Assembly (NCBI GenBank): GCA_028282885.1
Contig: JANQGX010000059.1
Coordinates: 64,906-128,905, forward strand
From: SAR324 cluster bacterium
GTDB lineage: Bacteria; SAR324; XYD2-FULL-50-16
Reading direction: 5' to 3'
DNA: 64,000 nucleotides
This document shows positions 1-9,882 of the stretch, in pieces. Numbering within the stretch: the first letter of the stretch is position 1; every line of letters begins with the position of its first letter. The notes beneath the pieces are model-generated. The model made no database searches. It was given only the letters and a program-made list of their open reading frames with translations, and had not been told where the DNA came from. The position numbers were made by a program, and so were the translations under genes.

Positions 1-780
1 TTTCCCTGTTGTTTGCCGTTCCAGCCCGTCGTCGGATTCAACAATTTTGATAGAGACTTCGGCGCTGTCCTCCACAAAGATAAAAACATCCTTGATGGCA
101 TTGACCCCTTTATCTGTTGTCAGGAGAATATCCCAGGCAGAGTAACAACTTTCAGGATCTATTTCATCAAGCGCGGGGAGAGCCTTTGTATTACCGATGA
201 CAATGCAATCTCCCAGTTCCCTTAACTCATCAATCAGCAACAGGGGATTTGTTCCGAAAGCAAAGATATCGACAGCAGGTTTAAACTTAACACGAAAGGT
301 TTGGGATTCATTGGTGAGCTCTTCTTCCGGGATGAATTTCGGGTCCTCTCTCTCTTCTTCCCCCGGTGTTTTTTGTAGCATATTTAAAAAAGCATTCGAT
401 ATTCCCTCTCTTTTCCGGATTTCATCTACACTTTGTTCAGAGGAATCGAGCATTTTGCCGATTTGATCATGTGCGGCCAATGTCAGTGCGATTAAATCGT
501 CGGTTACGGGAAGAGAGCCATCCCTGACCTGGTCATAAACCGACTCGATATTATGAGTGAAGGATTCGATTTCAGTGAATCCAAACATACCACCCGAACC
601 TTTGATGGTATGGAGAGCCCGAAAGGCTGCTGCGACTAATTCCTGATCGCTGGGATTATTTTCCAGCTCCAGCATAATCTCTTCAAGCTCGTCCAGACGC
701 TCGGCCGCTTCTTCCCTAAAGGCGGCAACTCCACTCTCCTCAAGCTCCTCAGGAGTCAGTTTCGTGTTTTTTTCGTTCAT
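1..780 (-). CDS. cheA: Chemotaxis histidine kinase CheA, N-terminal part. The start codon is at 780 and the gene continues past the left window edge.
   Basis: Minus-strand translation from the ATG at 778-780 gives MNEKNTKLTPEELEE...AAFRALHTIKGSGGMFGF..., which carries the canonical CheA P1/HPt phospho-histidine motif (HTIKGxxGxxG). There is no stop before position 1, so the six-frame track, which requires a stop, does not list it. It sits downstream of cheY in the che operon. Confidence 0.82.
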   Translation of the reverse strand, partial: MNEKNTKLTPEELEESGVAAFREEAAERLDELEEIMLELENNPSDQELVAAAFRALHTIKGSGGMFGFTEIESFTHNIESVYDQVRDGSLPVTDDLIALTLAAHDQIGKMLDSSEQSVDEIRKREGISNAFLNMLQKTPGEEEREDPKFIPEEELTNESQTFRVKFKPAVDIFAFGTNPLLLIDELRELGDCIVIGNTKALPALDEIDPESCYSAWDILLTTDKGVNAIKDVFIFVEDSAEVSIKIVESDDGLERQTTGK

Positions 781-876
781 AAGGTTCCTGATGAAGGGAT
801 ATCATCTGACTTTTTTGACCGAATGTCCTTAGAGTGGAAAATAGAAATTCACCACCTTTGGTTTCTCGGGTGAACA

Positions 877-1257
877 TCATCCCAGCACTTTTTTTACAAC
901 ACCGATTAGCTGTTCCGGTTTGAAAGGTTTCACAATCCATCCCGTTGCACCGGCAGCCTTACCTTCCTGCTTCTTGTCTGATTGTGATTCGGTGGTCAGG
1001 AGGATAATCGGTATAAACTTGAAATCCGGATTGGATCGAACCTCCTTTATCAACTCGATTCCATTCATATTGGGCATATGAAGATCGGTCAGGACCATAT
1101 GCGCAGGAGTTTGTTGCAGTTTGGATAGTGCATCAACCCCGTCAACAGCTTCCACAACCTGATATCCTTCATTTTTAAGTGTAAAGGTGACCATCTGCCT
1201 GATACTGGCGGAGTCATCTACAGTTAAAATGATCTTTTCCATATCGACCGTAAGCAT
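877..1257 (-). CDS. cheY: Single-domain CheY-like response regulator
   Basis: 126 aa containing only a receiver domain (ILTVDDSASIRQMV...LTDLHMPNMNGIEL...KP). Located between cheB and cheA. The likely true start is the internal Met of MEKIILTVDD. Confidence 0.85.
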   Translation of the reverse strand: MLTVDMEKIILTVDDSASIRQMVTFTLKNEGYQVVEAVDGVDALSKLQQTPAHMVLTDLHMPNMNGIELIKEVRSNPDFKFIPIILLTTESQSDKKQEGKAAGATGWIVKPFKPEQLIGVVKKVLG

Positions 1258-1318
1258 TAAGTTTAAAAATCATCGTCATTCAAGTAACCGATAGCGTGAC
1301 TCGATTTTCGATGGTGGA

Positions 1319-2404
1319 TCACTTGCAGATCCTGATCACTTCTCCGGCAATCCTGTTTAAATCCAGAACCTGATCTGCAGCGCCCAGCTTGATGGCTTCA
1401 TTTGGCATCCCAAACACAACACAACTGTTTTCATCCTGGGCAATGGTTACAGCGCCGGATTCCTTCATTTCAAGCAAGCCTTTGGCTCCGTCATCCCCCA
1501 TCCCCGTCATGATTACGCCACAGGCATTTTTGCCCGCATAGCGCGAGGCAGAGCGAAACAACACATCGACAGAGGGACGATGGCGGCTGACGAGCGGACC
1601 ATTTTTTACTTCCACGTAATATCGAGCTCCGCTTCGTTTCAGGAGGGTGTGTTTATTGCCGGGAGCAATAAGGACTCTTCCCCTCACAACGGAATCGTTG
1701 TCGCGGGCTTCCATCACTGTTACCCTGCACATCCCGTTCAGCCGGTTGGCAAAGGCAGTTGTAAAGTTTTCAGGCATATGTTGGACAATGACAGTTCCCG
1801 GGGCATCCGAGGGAAGAGCTTCCAGAAAAACTCTCAGGGCCTCCGTGCCTCCTGTGGAAGCTCCGACAACAACGATCTTTTCGGTAGTCTGAACCATGGC
1901 CTTTGACGTTGATTTCGGTAAAACCGCATCGGCTGTCAGTTTTTTGGTTGGCCGTATTCCCTTTTCGGGCGTATTTCGTTTCTTCGGTTTTGTTTGGGCA
2001 GCAGCTTTGACAACATCACAGATAAGGATTTTCGATTCCTCAAGAAACTGTTTGGTACCCAGTTGTGGCTTATGAATGATATCGACTGCCCCTAATTGCA
2101 GGGCTTTTATGGCCGTTTCCGAACCTTTGTCCGCAAGACTTGAACAGATGACGACAGGAATCGGGTGTTGTGACATCAGTTTCTGCAAAAAGGTAATGCC
2201 GTCCATTCTGGGCATTTCCACATCAAGTGTTATGACATCCGGTTCCACGGAGTGCATTTTTTTTGCCGCAATATAGGGATCCGAAGCCGTACCGATAACG
2301 GAGATTTCCTGATCCGATGACAGGGTGCGTTCCAGGGCCTGCCTGACCACAGCCGAATCATCAACGATAAGCACCTTTATAGGATTCATTGGTTTGCTCT
2401 TCAA
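1319..2404 (-). CDS. cheB: Chemotaxis protein-glutamate methylesterase CheB (REC domain plus CheB methylesterase domain)
   Basis: An N-terminal receiver domain ([13 protein letters not shown]...[12 protein letters not shown]) is followed by the methylesterase domain ([13 protein letters not shown]...[10 protein letters not shown]...[10 protein letters not shown]). The annotated start is a TTG; an ATG (MNPIK) lies at 2389. Confidence 0.9.
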   Translation of the reverse strand: MKSKPMNPIKVLIVDDSAVVRQALERTLSSDQEISVIGTASDPYIAAKKMHSVEPDVITLDVEMPRMDGITFLQKLMSQHPIPVVICSSLADKGSETAIKALQLGAVDIIHKPQLGTKQFLEESKILICDVVKAAAQTKPKKRNTPEKGIRPTKKLTADAVLPKSTSKAMVQTTEKIVVVGASTGGTEALRVFLEALPSDAPGTVIVQHMPENFTTAFANRLNGMCRVTVMEARDNDSVVRGRVLIAPGNKHTLLKRSGARYYVEVKNGPLVSRHRPSVDVLFRSASRYAGKNACGVIMTGMGDDGAKGLLEMKESGAVTIAQDENSCVVFGMPNEAIKLGAADQVLDLNRIAGEVIRICK

Positions 2405-2418
2405 ACAAAATGTCCTGA

Positions 2419-3267
2419 CTAGACAGATTTTCTAAAAACGGTTGGAAATACCGGCTCTACCGGAAGACGCATTCCCTGGGTAGACTCTGAATGTCCCTGA
2501 AACAGGTATCCGCCCGGAACCAGACGACTGATTATTTTTCCAAGGATAGCTTCCTGGGTTTCCTTATTAAAATAAATAATGACATTTCTACAGAAAGCGA
2601 TATGGATGTTTTGCTCAATCCCAAAGTCCTTGTCCATCAGATTCAGTTTTCGAAAGGTAACCTTATCCCTGATTTCCGGTGCGATTTTAACGATCGGTTT
2701 TTTATAGTCCCTGCTTTTTAGCAGGTACTTCTTCCTTAAAGCCAGCGGGATCGGATCTATTTGGGAAGTGTGATACACAGCATTTTTGCCCATGGACAAG
2801 ACATTGTCCGAAATATCCGTGGCCAGGATAGAAAAGTTAAACCGGATTTTCGGATTCCTGGATGCAAATTCACTAATTACCATCGCCAGGGTGTAGGCCT
2901 CTTCACCTGAAGAGCATCCTGCACTCCATATTCTCAACTGCCTAATATTATTACCGCTCTGGTTCAGTAATGATGGCAGGATATTCTGTGAAAGACGGGA
3001 GAAATGGTCCGGTTCTCTGAAAAAATCGGTTTTGTTGGTTGTAACCTTGTTAATGAAATGAGGGATTTCTTCTTGTCTTCCCTCGGCACTGAAGAGATAG
3101 TCGCAATACTCCTTATAGTCATTGATCTTGAGTTGTCGGAGTCGCTTCATGAGCCGGGATTCAAGCATTGTTTTCTTGACGGCCGGCATCTTGATCCCGA
3201 ATTCAGATTCGATAAAAGAGCTGAGTCGGTTAAAATCCGATTTTTTCAGGGTCTGCAATCCGATCAT
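2419..3267 (-). CDS. cheR: Chemotaxis protein methyltransferase CheR
   Basis: CheR N-terminal helical domain and SAM-dependent methyltransferase core ([18 protein letters not shown]...ILATDIS...NVIIYF). The ORF runs to a GTG at 3294. The in-frame ATG at 3265-3267 overlaps the STAS gene TGA by 1 nt (TGATG), so the ATG was chosen. Confidence 0.88.
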   Translation of the reverse strand: MIGLQTLKKSDFNRLSSFIESEFGIKMPAVKKTMLESRLMKRLRQLKINDYKEYCDYLFSAEGRQEEIPHFINKVTTNKTDFFREPDHFSRLSQNILPSLLNQSGNNIRQLRIWSAGCSSGEEAYTLAMVISEFASRNPKIRFNFSILATDISDNVLSMGKNAVYHTSQIDPIPLALRKKYLLKSRDYKKPIVKIAPEIRDKVTFRKLNLMDKDFGIEQNIHIAFCRNVIIYFNKETQEAILGKIISRLVPGGYLFQGHSESTQGMRLPVEPVFPTVFRKSV

Positions 3268-3590
3268 CAGTCTGCCCCACCAAAACAGAGCCACTTTGTC
3301 CAGGACAGTCCGGCACTTTCAACTGCTTCTCTGAACAATTGCGGGCAGTCGCCTTTCAGGCTAAGCTGCTTGTCCAGTTTTTTTGCCGTCAGGTGAAGTG
3401 CAAAAAGGAGTTGGATGGAAGAGAGATCAAACAACTGTACTTCATCCAGGTCGAGTATACAGTCGTCTGCGGAACTCAGAAATCCGGACAGCACATCCTT
3501 TAACTTGCTGGCATCCTGAATCATCAGATTGCCACCCAGTTTCAGCTCTGCTCTCTGGTTTGTCTCATCGAACTTAATGTCAGTTTCCAT
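3267..3590 (-). CDS. STAS-domain protein (anti-sigma-factor-antagonist / SpoIIAA-like) embedded in the che operon
   Basis: 107 aa. The predicted fold pattern and the motif ...ILDLDEVQLFDLSSIQLLFALHL... resemble SpoIIAA/STAS proteins. Its stop overlaps the cheR start by 1 nt, indicating translational coupling. Confidence 0.55.
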   Translation of the reverse strand: METDIKFDETNQRAELKLGGNLMIQDASKLKDVLSGFLSSADDCILDLDEVQLFDLSSIQLLFALHLTAKKLDKQLSLKGDCPQLFREAVESAGLSWTKWLCFGGAD

Positions 3591-3660
3591 TTTTTGCCGT
3601 TGTCTGTTTCATGCTTTTTAATTGTCCGGATTACCGCCGAAAGGTTCAAGCTTTCCGGGG

Positions 3661-4152
3661 TCAACTGATTTCGGCGGCGTTCTGCAGTATTTCAAGCTCG
3701 TCTAATGTGAAGACTTTTTCGATCTCCAGAATGATAATGAACTCTTCATCGCGTTTGCCCATACCCCGGATCAGTTCGGTATTGAGTCGGGTTCCAATCT
3801 TAGGCGGAGGTTCAACATGCTCATCTTCGAGATCAATAACTTCCTGAACCGAATCTGCCAAAGCCCCAATCAGGGTATTCTCGCCATCCAGCTCCAGTTC
3901 AACGATAACTACACAGGTGTTGACCGTTTTTTGAGTCTCACCCATACCAAACTTCAGTTTCAGGTCAATAACCGGGACCACACTTCCACGGAGATTAATA
4001 ACGCCACGCATCATGTCGGGAGTCTGGGGCACTTTGGTGACCCTGTCAAATTCCAATACCTCCCTGACCTGATCGATGCCCAGGGCAAATACCTCACCTT
4101 CAAGTTTGAAGGTAAGATACTGACCTGCTTGCAGGGTTATAGTTTCATTCAT
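3661..4152 (-). CDS. cheW: Chemotaxis coupling protein CheW
   Basis: CheW-like domain (QYLTFKLEGEVFALGIDQVREVLEF...MRGVINLRGSVVPVIDLKLKFG). The start was chosen at MNETITLQ because a GAGGA Shine-Dalgarno sits 8 nt upstream; the longer ORF to 4185 would overlap the upstream MCP stop. Confidence 0.85.
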   Translation of the reverse strand: MNETITLQAGQYLTFKLEGEVFALGIDQVREVLEFDRVTKVPQTPDMMRGVINLRGSVVPVIDLKLKFGMGETQKTVNTCVVIVELELDGENTLIGALADSVQEVIDLEDEHVEPPPKIGTRLNTELIRGMGKRDEEFIIILEIEKVFTLDELEILQNAAEIS

Positions 4153-4165
4153 GATTATATCCTCA

Positions 4166-6252
4166 TTAATAACGTTCAAACTCACTGTCAGAGAGGTTCA
4201 TGCCGTCATCAAGGTTGATAGCTACCTTGGGATAAGCCTCTTCGGGTTTTTTTCTGCCATTTTCGAGTCGCGGAATATCAGCGACATTCTCTGGCTGTTT
4301 ATGTGAAATCTGACTGAATCCCTGGCGGGAAGAGACAGGCTTTGCTTTACTTACAGGGGGGGCATGTCTGGATGTGCCATTTACTTTGAAATAATCGATT
4401 GAACTCTGAAGTTGTTGAGCCTGGGCGGCCAATTCTTCAGAAGTTGATGCCATCTCTTCGGTAGCACTGGCATTTTGTTGAATCACAGAATCAAGCTGTT
4501 GGATAGCCTTATTGATTTGATCGACGCCGGCATTTTGTTCATTGCTGGCAGCGCTGATCTCCTGGACCAGTTCCGCTGTTTTCTGAATATCGGGTACCAG
4601 TTTCTCCAGCATCTGGCCTGCTCTTTCAGCAACTTCAACACTGTTGGATGATATCTGCGAGATTTCACCGGCTGCAGTTTGACTGCGTTCTGCCAGCTTA
4701 CGAACCTCCGCAGCCACCACTGCGAATCCCTTTCCATGTTCACCGGCCCGTGCTGCTTCAATTGCCGCATTCAGGGCCAGGAGATTGGTATTTCGTGCAA
4801 TTTCCTCAATGATGGATATCTTGGAAGCGATTTCGTTCATGGCACCTACAGCCCTATTAACGGCGGAACCGCTCTCCTTGGCATCCCTGGATGCCTGGAT
4901 GGCGATTTGCTCGGTCTGGCTTGCGTTATCCGCGTTCTGCTGAATGTTGGCGCTCATCTGCTCCATGGAGGAGGTGGTCTCTTCCACCGAAGCCGCCTGT
5001 TCGGTAGCTCCCTGGGACAACTGCTGGGCAGTCGAACTCAGTTGTTCGCTGCCAGCAGTGACATTATCCACTGCCAGCCTGATTTCCCCAACAATAGAGC
5101 TGAGCTTGGACACCATCTGGTTAAGTGCGTGTGCCAGTTCTCCCACCTCATCCTTCTGATCCAGATCCAGTTGATCGGTCAGATCCCCTTCGGACACCAC
5201 CTTTGCAAAACCAACGCCTTTGCCGATGGGACCGGTTATTGCCTTGGCAATAACGATAGCGATAATGATACCGATGACCAGTGCGACAACACAGATAATA
5301 ACAACAACCAGGCGGGTGTTGATTGCTTTGTCCAACATGAGGTCTTCTGAAATGACATTTTGACGGGTTGTATCAATCAGTCCGTCGAGCAGGTTTGCCA
5401 CTTTATCCAGGTTGGGCTGGGTTTCATTGGCAAAAACAGCCCTGGCCTTTTTAGCTCCCTCGAGATCGGATTGGGCTTTTGCCTGAAGCTGCTTGAGATA
5501 ACTTCTGGTCTCTATGAGTGTCTGTGTGGTCTCATTCCGATAGATTACAAAAGCTTCCTCGGTTTTTCCTGCTTTCAAGGCTTCGTCTATCCTGATGGCC
5601 GAATCATGGAGACGTTTGTGAGGCACTTTAATCTCCTCCAGGAGTCTGGCATACTCAGAATCCGAACTGGCCATTTGCCGTCCAACCTCTCCGAAAAGCA
5701 GTTTACCAAAAGCACATTGGGTATGATCCAGTTGAACACCGGTTTTTTCACTCTTACTCAAAATGGCATTCTGGATCTGCTCGGCCCAAGCCAGATGATC
5801 AGTTTCCCTGTTCGCCAGAATAGCGGGAAGCTGTTCGTTTGCCTGGCTAAACACTTCTTTGATTTCAATAGCAGATTCATGGAGTAGGCGATGGGGTTCT
5901 TCTATTGCTGTAAAAAGAGGTTTCAAGGCGGGTATCAGCGCCTCTGCCTTTTTTCTTCCCTCTCCGTAATACCATTTGCCGAATCCGCATTTGCGATAAT
6001 CGGTTTCAACGGTCAATTCAGTGTGTTGATCATCTGTCAGGAGTTTGTTCACTTCACCAGCCCATTTGAGGTGATCCACTTCTCTTTGCAGGAGGATACC
6101 AACCAGCTTGTTTCCTTCTGCGAGTTCCTGGGCATCTGAAACGATACCGTCAATCCCGTTCCAGGCCCAGCCCCCGACGAAAATCATTAAGACAAGAACA
6201 ATTCCGACACCGAGTAGTATCTTTCTTCCAAGTTTCAGGTTTTTCCAGCTCA
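4166..6252 (-). CDS. Methyl-accepting chemotaxis protein with two TM helices, a periplasmic sensor built from two tandem CZB-like (chemoreceptor zinc-binding) modules, HAMP and an MCP signalling domain
   Basis: TM1 is [19 protein letters not shown]; TM2 is [22 protein letters not shown]. Between them are two copies of the HxxW..(~26 aa)..CxFGxW/L..(~27 aa)..HxxxH motif: DHLKWA...CGFGKW...HRLLH and DHLAWA...CAFGKL...HKRLH. They are followed by HAMP and the MCP signalling domain ([37 protein letters not shown]). The start was set at MSWKNL, where an AGGAGA RBS is present; the ORF extends to 6340. Confidence 0.85.
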
Positions 6253-6764
6253 TTGTATCTCCTAATTGTTCTATTGATAGTATTGATTCTCCCCAAACCT
6301 GGATTTCCGGATTTGGGTTTGTGCATAGCTCAGGGGACAAACTACAACAAACGTGCCAGTGTAGTAATGAGTATGAAAAGCTATTAATAACAAAGTATTT
6401 GGAGATGATCCGATATCAAAGATGATAAATTTGGGTATTCATATCCTCGTTTACTTGATTGTTGTCTGAAAAAACTAGACAGCTTCTACTATAACCTCCG
6501 GCATCATATCAAACGTCCGGGGAACTTGAGCAATGCTGTAGAACTCCGGAATCTTTCTTATCCGGCCAACTCCCGGAGTGAAAACTGCCTTTTCCGGTAT
6601 TGAGTCCAGCTATTGATCTCATTGTTGAGATTCCGGGTTAATCGGAGCCGTTTCCATGAAATTATCAGACAGTTTTTTCAAAAGTCTGTCAGAAACAGAA
6701 TCCTTTAAAACAAATATCGGCGGAATCCTGTTTCTGTATTTTAGATTGTGGTTTATAGACCAAA

Positions 6765-9647
6765 CTAATAACGCTCAAATTCGGAATCTGAGAGATCAAC
6801 ATTATCGTCCAGGTTTACAGCAACCTTTGGGATGGATTCCATCTTCTTGTTGTGGCTGCTTTCCAGTTGCGGGATTTTTTCTGCGATCGAGGATTTGCCA
6901 TTGGCGGGGTGATTAAAACCTCCTCTAAGCAGTCCTGCATCGGTCCCTTTCAGATGAATTGCTTTATGTTGCTGATTCCCGTTAATCTTGAAAAAATCAA
7001 TAGTACTCTGAAGCTGTTGGGCCTGGGCTGCCAGTTCTTCAGCAGTTGATGCCATCTCCTCGGTAGCACTGGCATTTTGCTGAATAACGGAATCAAGCTG
7101 TTGGATAGCTTTGTTAATCTGGTCCACACCTGAATTCTGTTCATTGCTGGAAGCACTGATTTCCTGGACCAGTTCTGCAGTTTTCTGGATATCCGGAACC
7201 AATTTTTCCAGCATCTTTCCTGCTTTTTCTGCAACATCAACGCTATTGGCAGAAATATTGGAAATCTCTCCTGCCGCATTTTGGCTGCGTTCAGCCAGCC
7301 TTCTGACCTCCGCTGCAACAACCGCAAATCCTTTGCCGTGCTCGCCAGCCCGAGCCGCTTCAATTGCTGCGTTAAGAGCCAGAAGGTTGGTGTTCCGTGC
7401 AATTTCCTCAATAATTGAGATTTTTGTTGCAATTTCATTCATGGCTGAAACTGTCTTATTCACTGCATCACCACTTTCTTTTGCATCTTTTGCGGCCTGA
7501 ATGGCGATTTTTTCTGTTTGATTTGCGTTGTCGGCATTCTGCTGAATATTTGCGCTCATCTCTTCCATTGAAGAGGTAGTCTCTTCCACCGATGCCGCCT
7601 GTTCAGTAGCGCCTTGCGAGAGTTCTTCCGCTGTTGAGCTTAACTGCTGACTGCCCGAAGTGACATTATCTGCGGAGCTTCTGATAGTGCCGACAATATC
7701 CCCTAGTCGATGCATCATCTCTTTCAAAGCTGTCGAAAGCAAACCGATTTCGTCTTTCTGCCGAACATCGATATCTGCTGTGAGATCTCCATCGGAAACC
7801 AGTTGGGCGAGCCGAGTTCCTTTGCCCAGGGGTTTTGAAATGCTCAGGGCAATAAACATGGCAATGCCTCCCACAAGAATCGCAATGATCAGTCCCATCA
7901 CTAAAATGGATATCAGGAGAGCGTTAACAGGTTCCATGATTTCGGCTTCATCAATTTCTGCAAGAAGAGCCCAGGTTTGATCCCAAAGCTTTATTGGTGT
8001 ATAGGCCGATAAAACCGGATTCCCGTTGTAATCAGTTATGATCTCGGAAGAAGTCTCCCCCGACAATGCATTTATGGCGGCTTTTGTATCCACTCCATTG
8101 GCTTTGACTGTGCCCGCGAATGATGCTTTTACAGAGTGACCTGCGGGATCTAGAAAGGAGTCGGAACGCATCAGTTTGTCAGGACCCACAAGATAGGTTT
8201 CTCCTGTTCTGCCCATTCCTTCACGTTCCTGCATGATACTGTTTATGGCATCCAGGGGAAGTTGCAGTGCAATAATCAGCTCAACCCGGTTTTCAGAAAC
8301 AATCGGTTGAGCGATAAAAGCGCACGGTTCATTGTTGCTGGGTGCGTAGGGATGGAAATCAGCAAATCCAAATTTTCGTGTATTCAAGACCTGTTTGACC
8401 AGTTTGCCCAGGTTGGAGGAGGAATACCTTCCGTTCAGCATATTGGTTTGATAGTCCGACTCACGGGTCACCGTGTAAAACACAAATCCATCCGGGTTAA
8501 TCAGAAACAGATCGTAATAACCATACATCTCCTTGTATTTTGCATAAAATTCATTGCCATCGCTGTCAACCGGGCTAAAGGCTTCTGCAACATCAATTTC
8601 TGAAATCATGGCCCAACGAATGCCATCGCCGATTTCAACCGGGGCCCAGGCGGAGAGGACAGGGTTTCCGTTATAATCGATTATCACTTTCTGATCCTCA
8701 TTTCCGGCCAGAGCCGATCGTACCGCTTCGGTGTTAACAGCAGTGTTGTTCTTAAAAGAGGCAACAACGGAGTGACCTTCAGGATCCAGGTAGGAATCGG
8801 AACGCATCAGGCCGTCCTGTCCGACAAGATAGGATTCGCCAGTCTTTCCCATCCCGTGTCGAAGCAGCATGATATCATTGATCTTCTTTAAGGGAATCTG
8901 CAAGGCTGCAAAACCGATCAGCTTGCCTTCATCATCACGCATTTGGGCCATCATAAATGCAGAAGGAATCCCCCCTGATGGTTCATAAGGCATGAAATCA
9001 CCGATGGCAATGTCGTTTGGCCCCATGGACTGCGCTTTTTTAAAGGCAGAACCAAGGCTGCTTCTAACGAGGCTGCTATCAGGAATGGTCACCCCTAGGT
9101 CTGATTCCTTACCCACGGTGTAAACAATATCTCCGTCATGGTGAATCAGGAAAAGATCGTACCAGCCGAACTCTGTCTTTATGTTGTTCAAACGTTGGTC
9201 GTATTTTTTCAGTAACACATTCCAGCGGGAACCCCCGACTCTATCTCCGTCATCTTCAAAAGCTCGGTCGAACTCCACAAGCGCCTGCATGCTATAGGGA
9301 TCATCACGAAAAGACCTTAGTTGAGATTTCAAGGTGGAGATATAATTATTAATATGCGAGTTTTTCAGCTCCTGAATAGCTTCCAGCTTGAGAAATGCCT
9401 CTTTTCTCAGGGTTCCAACCGTTTCAACCAGAACCCCCATGTCTCCTTCCCGTTCAGCAAAGTACTTCTCTACCTGGGCTTTTTTTATCCCCCTCACCGA
9501 CTCCAACTGACCGAAAGACTTATCCAGCAGTGCGTTGCTGGCAAGACGACCACTCCAGAATCCGACGATGATAAGGGGAATAATACCGACCATTAGAAAC
9601 AGGCTGATTAGTTTAGGTTTCATTTTGATATCATTGAGTTTCACCAT
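6765..9647 (-). CDS. Methyl-accepting chemotaxis protein with a large (~530 aa) periplasmic sensor built from duplicated Cache-like modules, HAMP and an MCP signalling domain
   Basis: N-terminal TM ([19 protein letters not shown]). Two internally similar about 260-aa periplasmic modules ([17 protein letters not shown]... and [17 protein letters not shown]...). A second TM ([25 protein letters not shown]), then HAMP, then a signalling domain about 85% nucleotide-identical to that of the neighbouring MCP. A GGGAGG RBS lies 5 nt before the start. Confidence 0.85.
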   Translation of the reverse strand: MVKLNDIKMKPKLISLFLMVGIIPLIIVGFWSGRLASNALLDKSFGQLESVRGIKKAQVEKYFAEREGDMGVLVETVGTLRKEAFLKLEAIQELKNSHINNYISTLKSQLRSFRDDPYSMQALVEFDRAFEDDGDRVGGSRWNVLLKKYDQRLNNIKTEFGWYDLFLIHHDGDIVYTVGKESDLGVTIPDSSLVRSSLGSAFKKAQSMGPNDIAIGDFMPYEPSGGIPSAFMMAQMRDDEGKLIGFAALQIPLKKINDIMLLRHGMGKTGESYLVGQDGLMRSDSYLDPEGHSVVASFKNNTAVNTEAVRSALAGNEDQKVIIDYNGNPVLSAWAPVEIGDGIRWAMISEIDVAEAFSPVDSDGNEFYAKYKEMYGYYDLFLINPDGFVFYTVTRESDYQTNMLNGRYSSSNLGKLVKQVLNTRKFGFADFHPYAPSNNEPCAFIAQPIVSENRVELIIALQLPLDAINSIMQEREGMGRTGETYLVGPDKLMRSDSFLDPAGHSVKASFAGTVKANGVDTKAAINALSGETSSEIITDYNGNPVLSAYTPIKLWDQTWALLAEIDEAEIMEPVNALLISILVMGLIIAILVGGIAMFIALSISKPLGKGTRLAQLVSDGDLTADIDVRQKDEIGLLSTALKEMMHRLGDIVGTIRSSADNVTSGSQQLSSTAEELSQGATEQAASVEETTSSMEEMSANIQQNADNANQTEKIAIQAAKDAKESGDAVNKTVSAMNEIATKISIIEEIARNTNLLALNAAIEAARAGEHGKGFAVVAAEVRRLAERSQNAAGEISNISANSVDVAEKAGKMLEKLVPDIQKTAELVQEISASSNEQNSGVDQINKAIQQLDSVIQQNASATEEMASTAEELAAQAQQLQSTIDFFKINGNQQHKAIHLKGTDAGLLRGGFNHPANGKSSIAEKIPQLESSHNKKMESIPKVAVNLDDNVDLSDSEFERY

Positions 9648-9882
9648 TTGACCTCCCGGGACTACAGATTGATAAAGAGCGTGATTTAAAGAAATTAATC
9701 AGTTCAGGATTTAACCAATCTCCTGAGACTCAAGATATTTGCCCGTTTATGGGCAAGAGATAAATGTTAATAAACTTAGTCAACTTATAGATTCAAAAAA
9801 GTTCATAATCCGGTGAACGTGAAAAAATAAGGGATATGAACGGGTTTTTGCATAAGGGACCCGGTTTGAAATCCGAAGCAAT

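Noticed and set aside
749-940. 63-aa minus-strand ORF bridging cheY and cheA
   Set aside because: It overlaps the cheA start region and the cheY 3' end, and is out of frame with both. The cheA ATG at 780 explains the coding signal.
4679-5350. 223-aa plus-strand ORF and several others (4483-4770, 4944-5159, 5360-5887) inside the MCP gene
   Set aside because: They are antisense to, or overlap, a well-supported MCP coding region. They are low-complexity and Cys/Gly-rich with no motif, so they are typical shadow ORFs.
9752-9770. Palindrome TTGCCC-GTTTAT-GGGCAA between the soluble MCP-like gene and the Cache MCP
   Set aside because: It is a short 6-bp stem without a flanking T-run on the transcribed strand. 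It is probably within one che transcript, and there is insufficient evidence for a terminator or operator.
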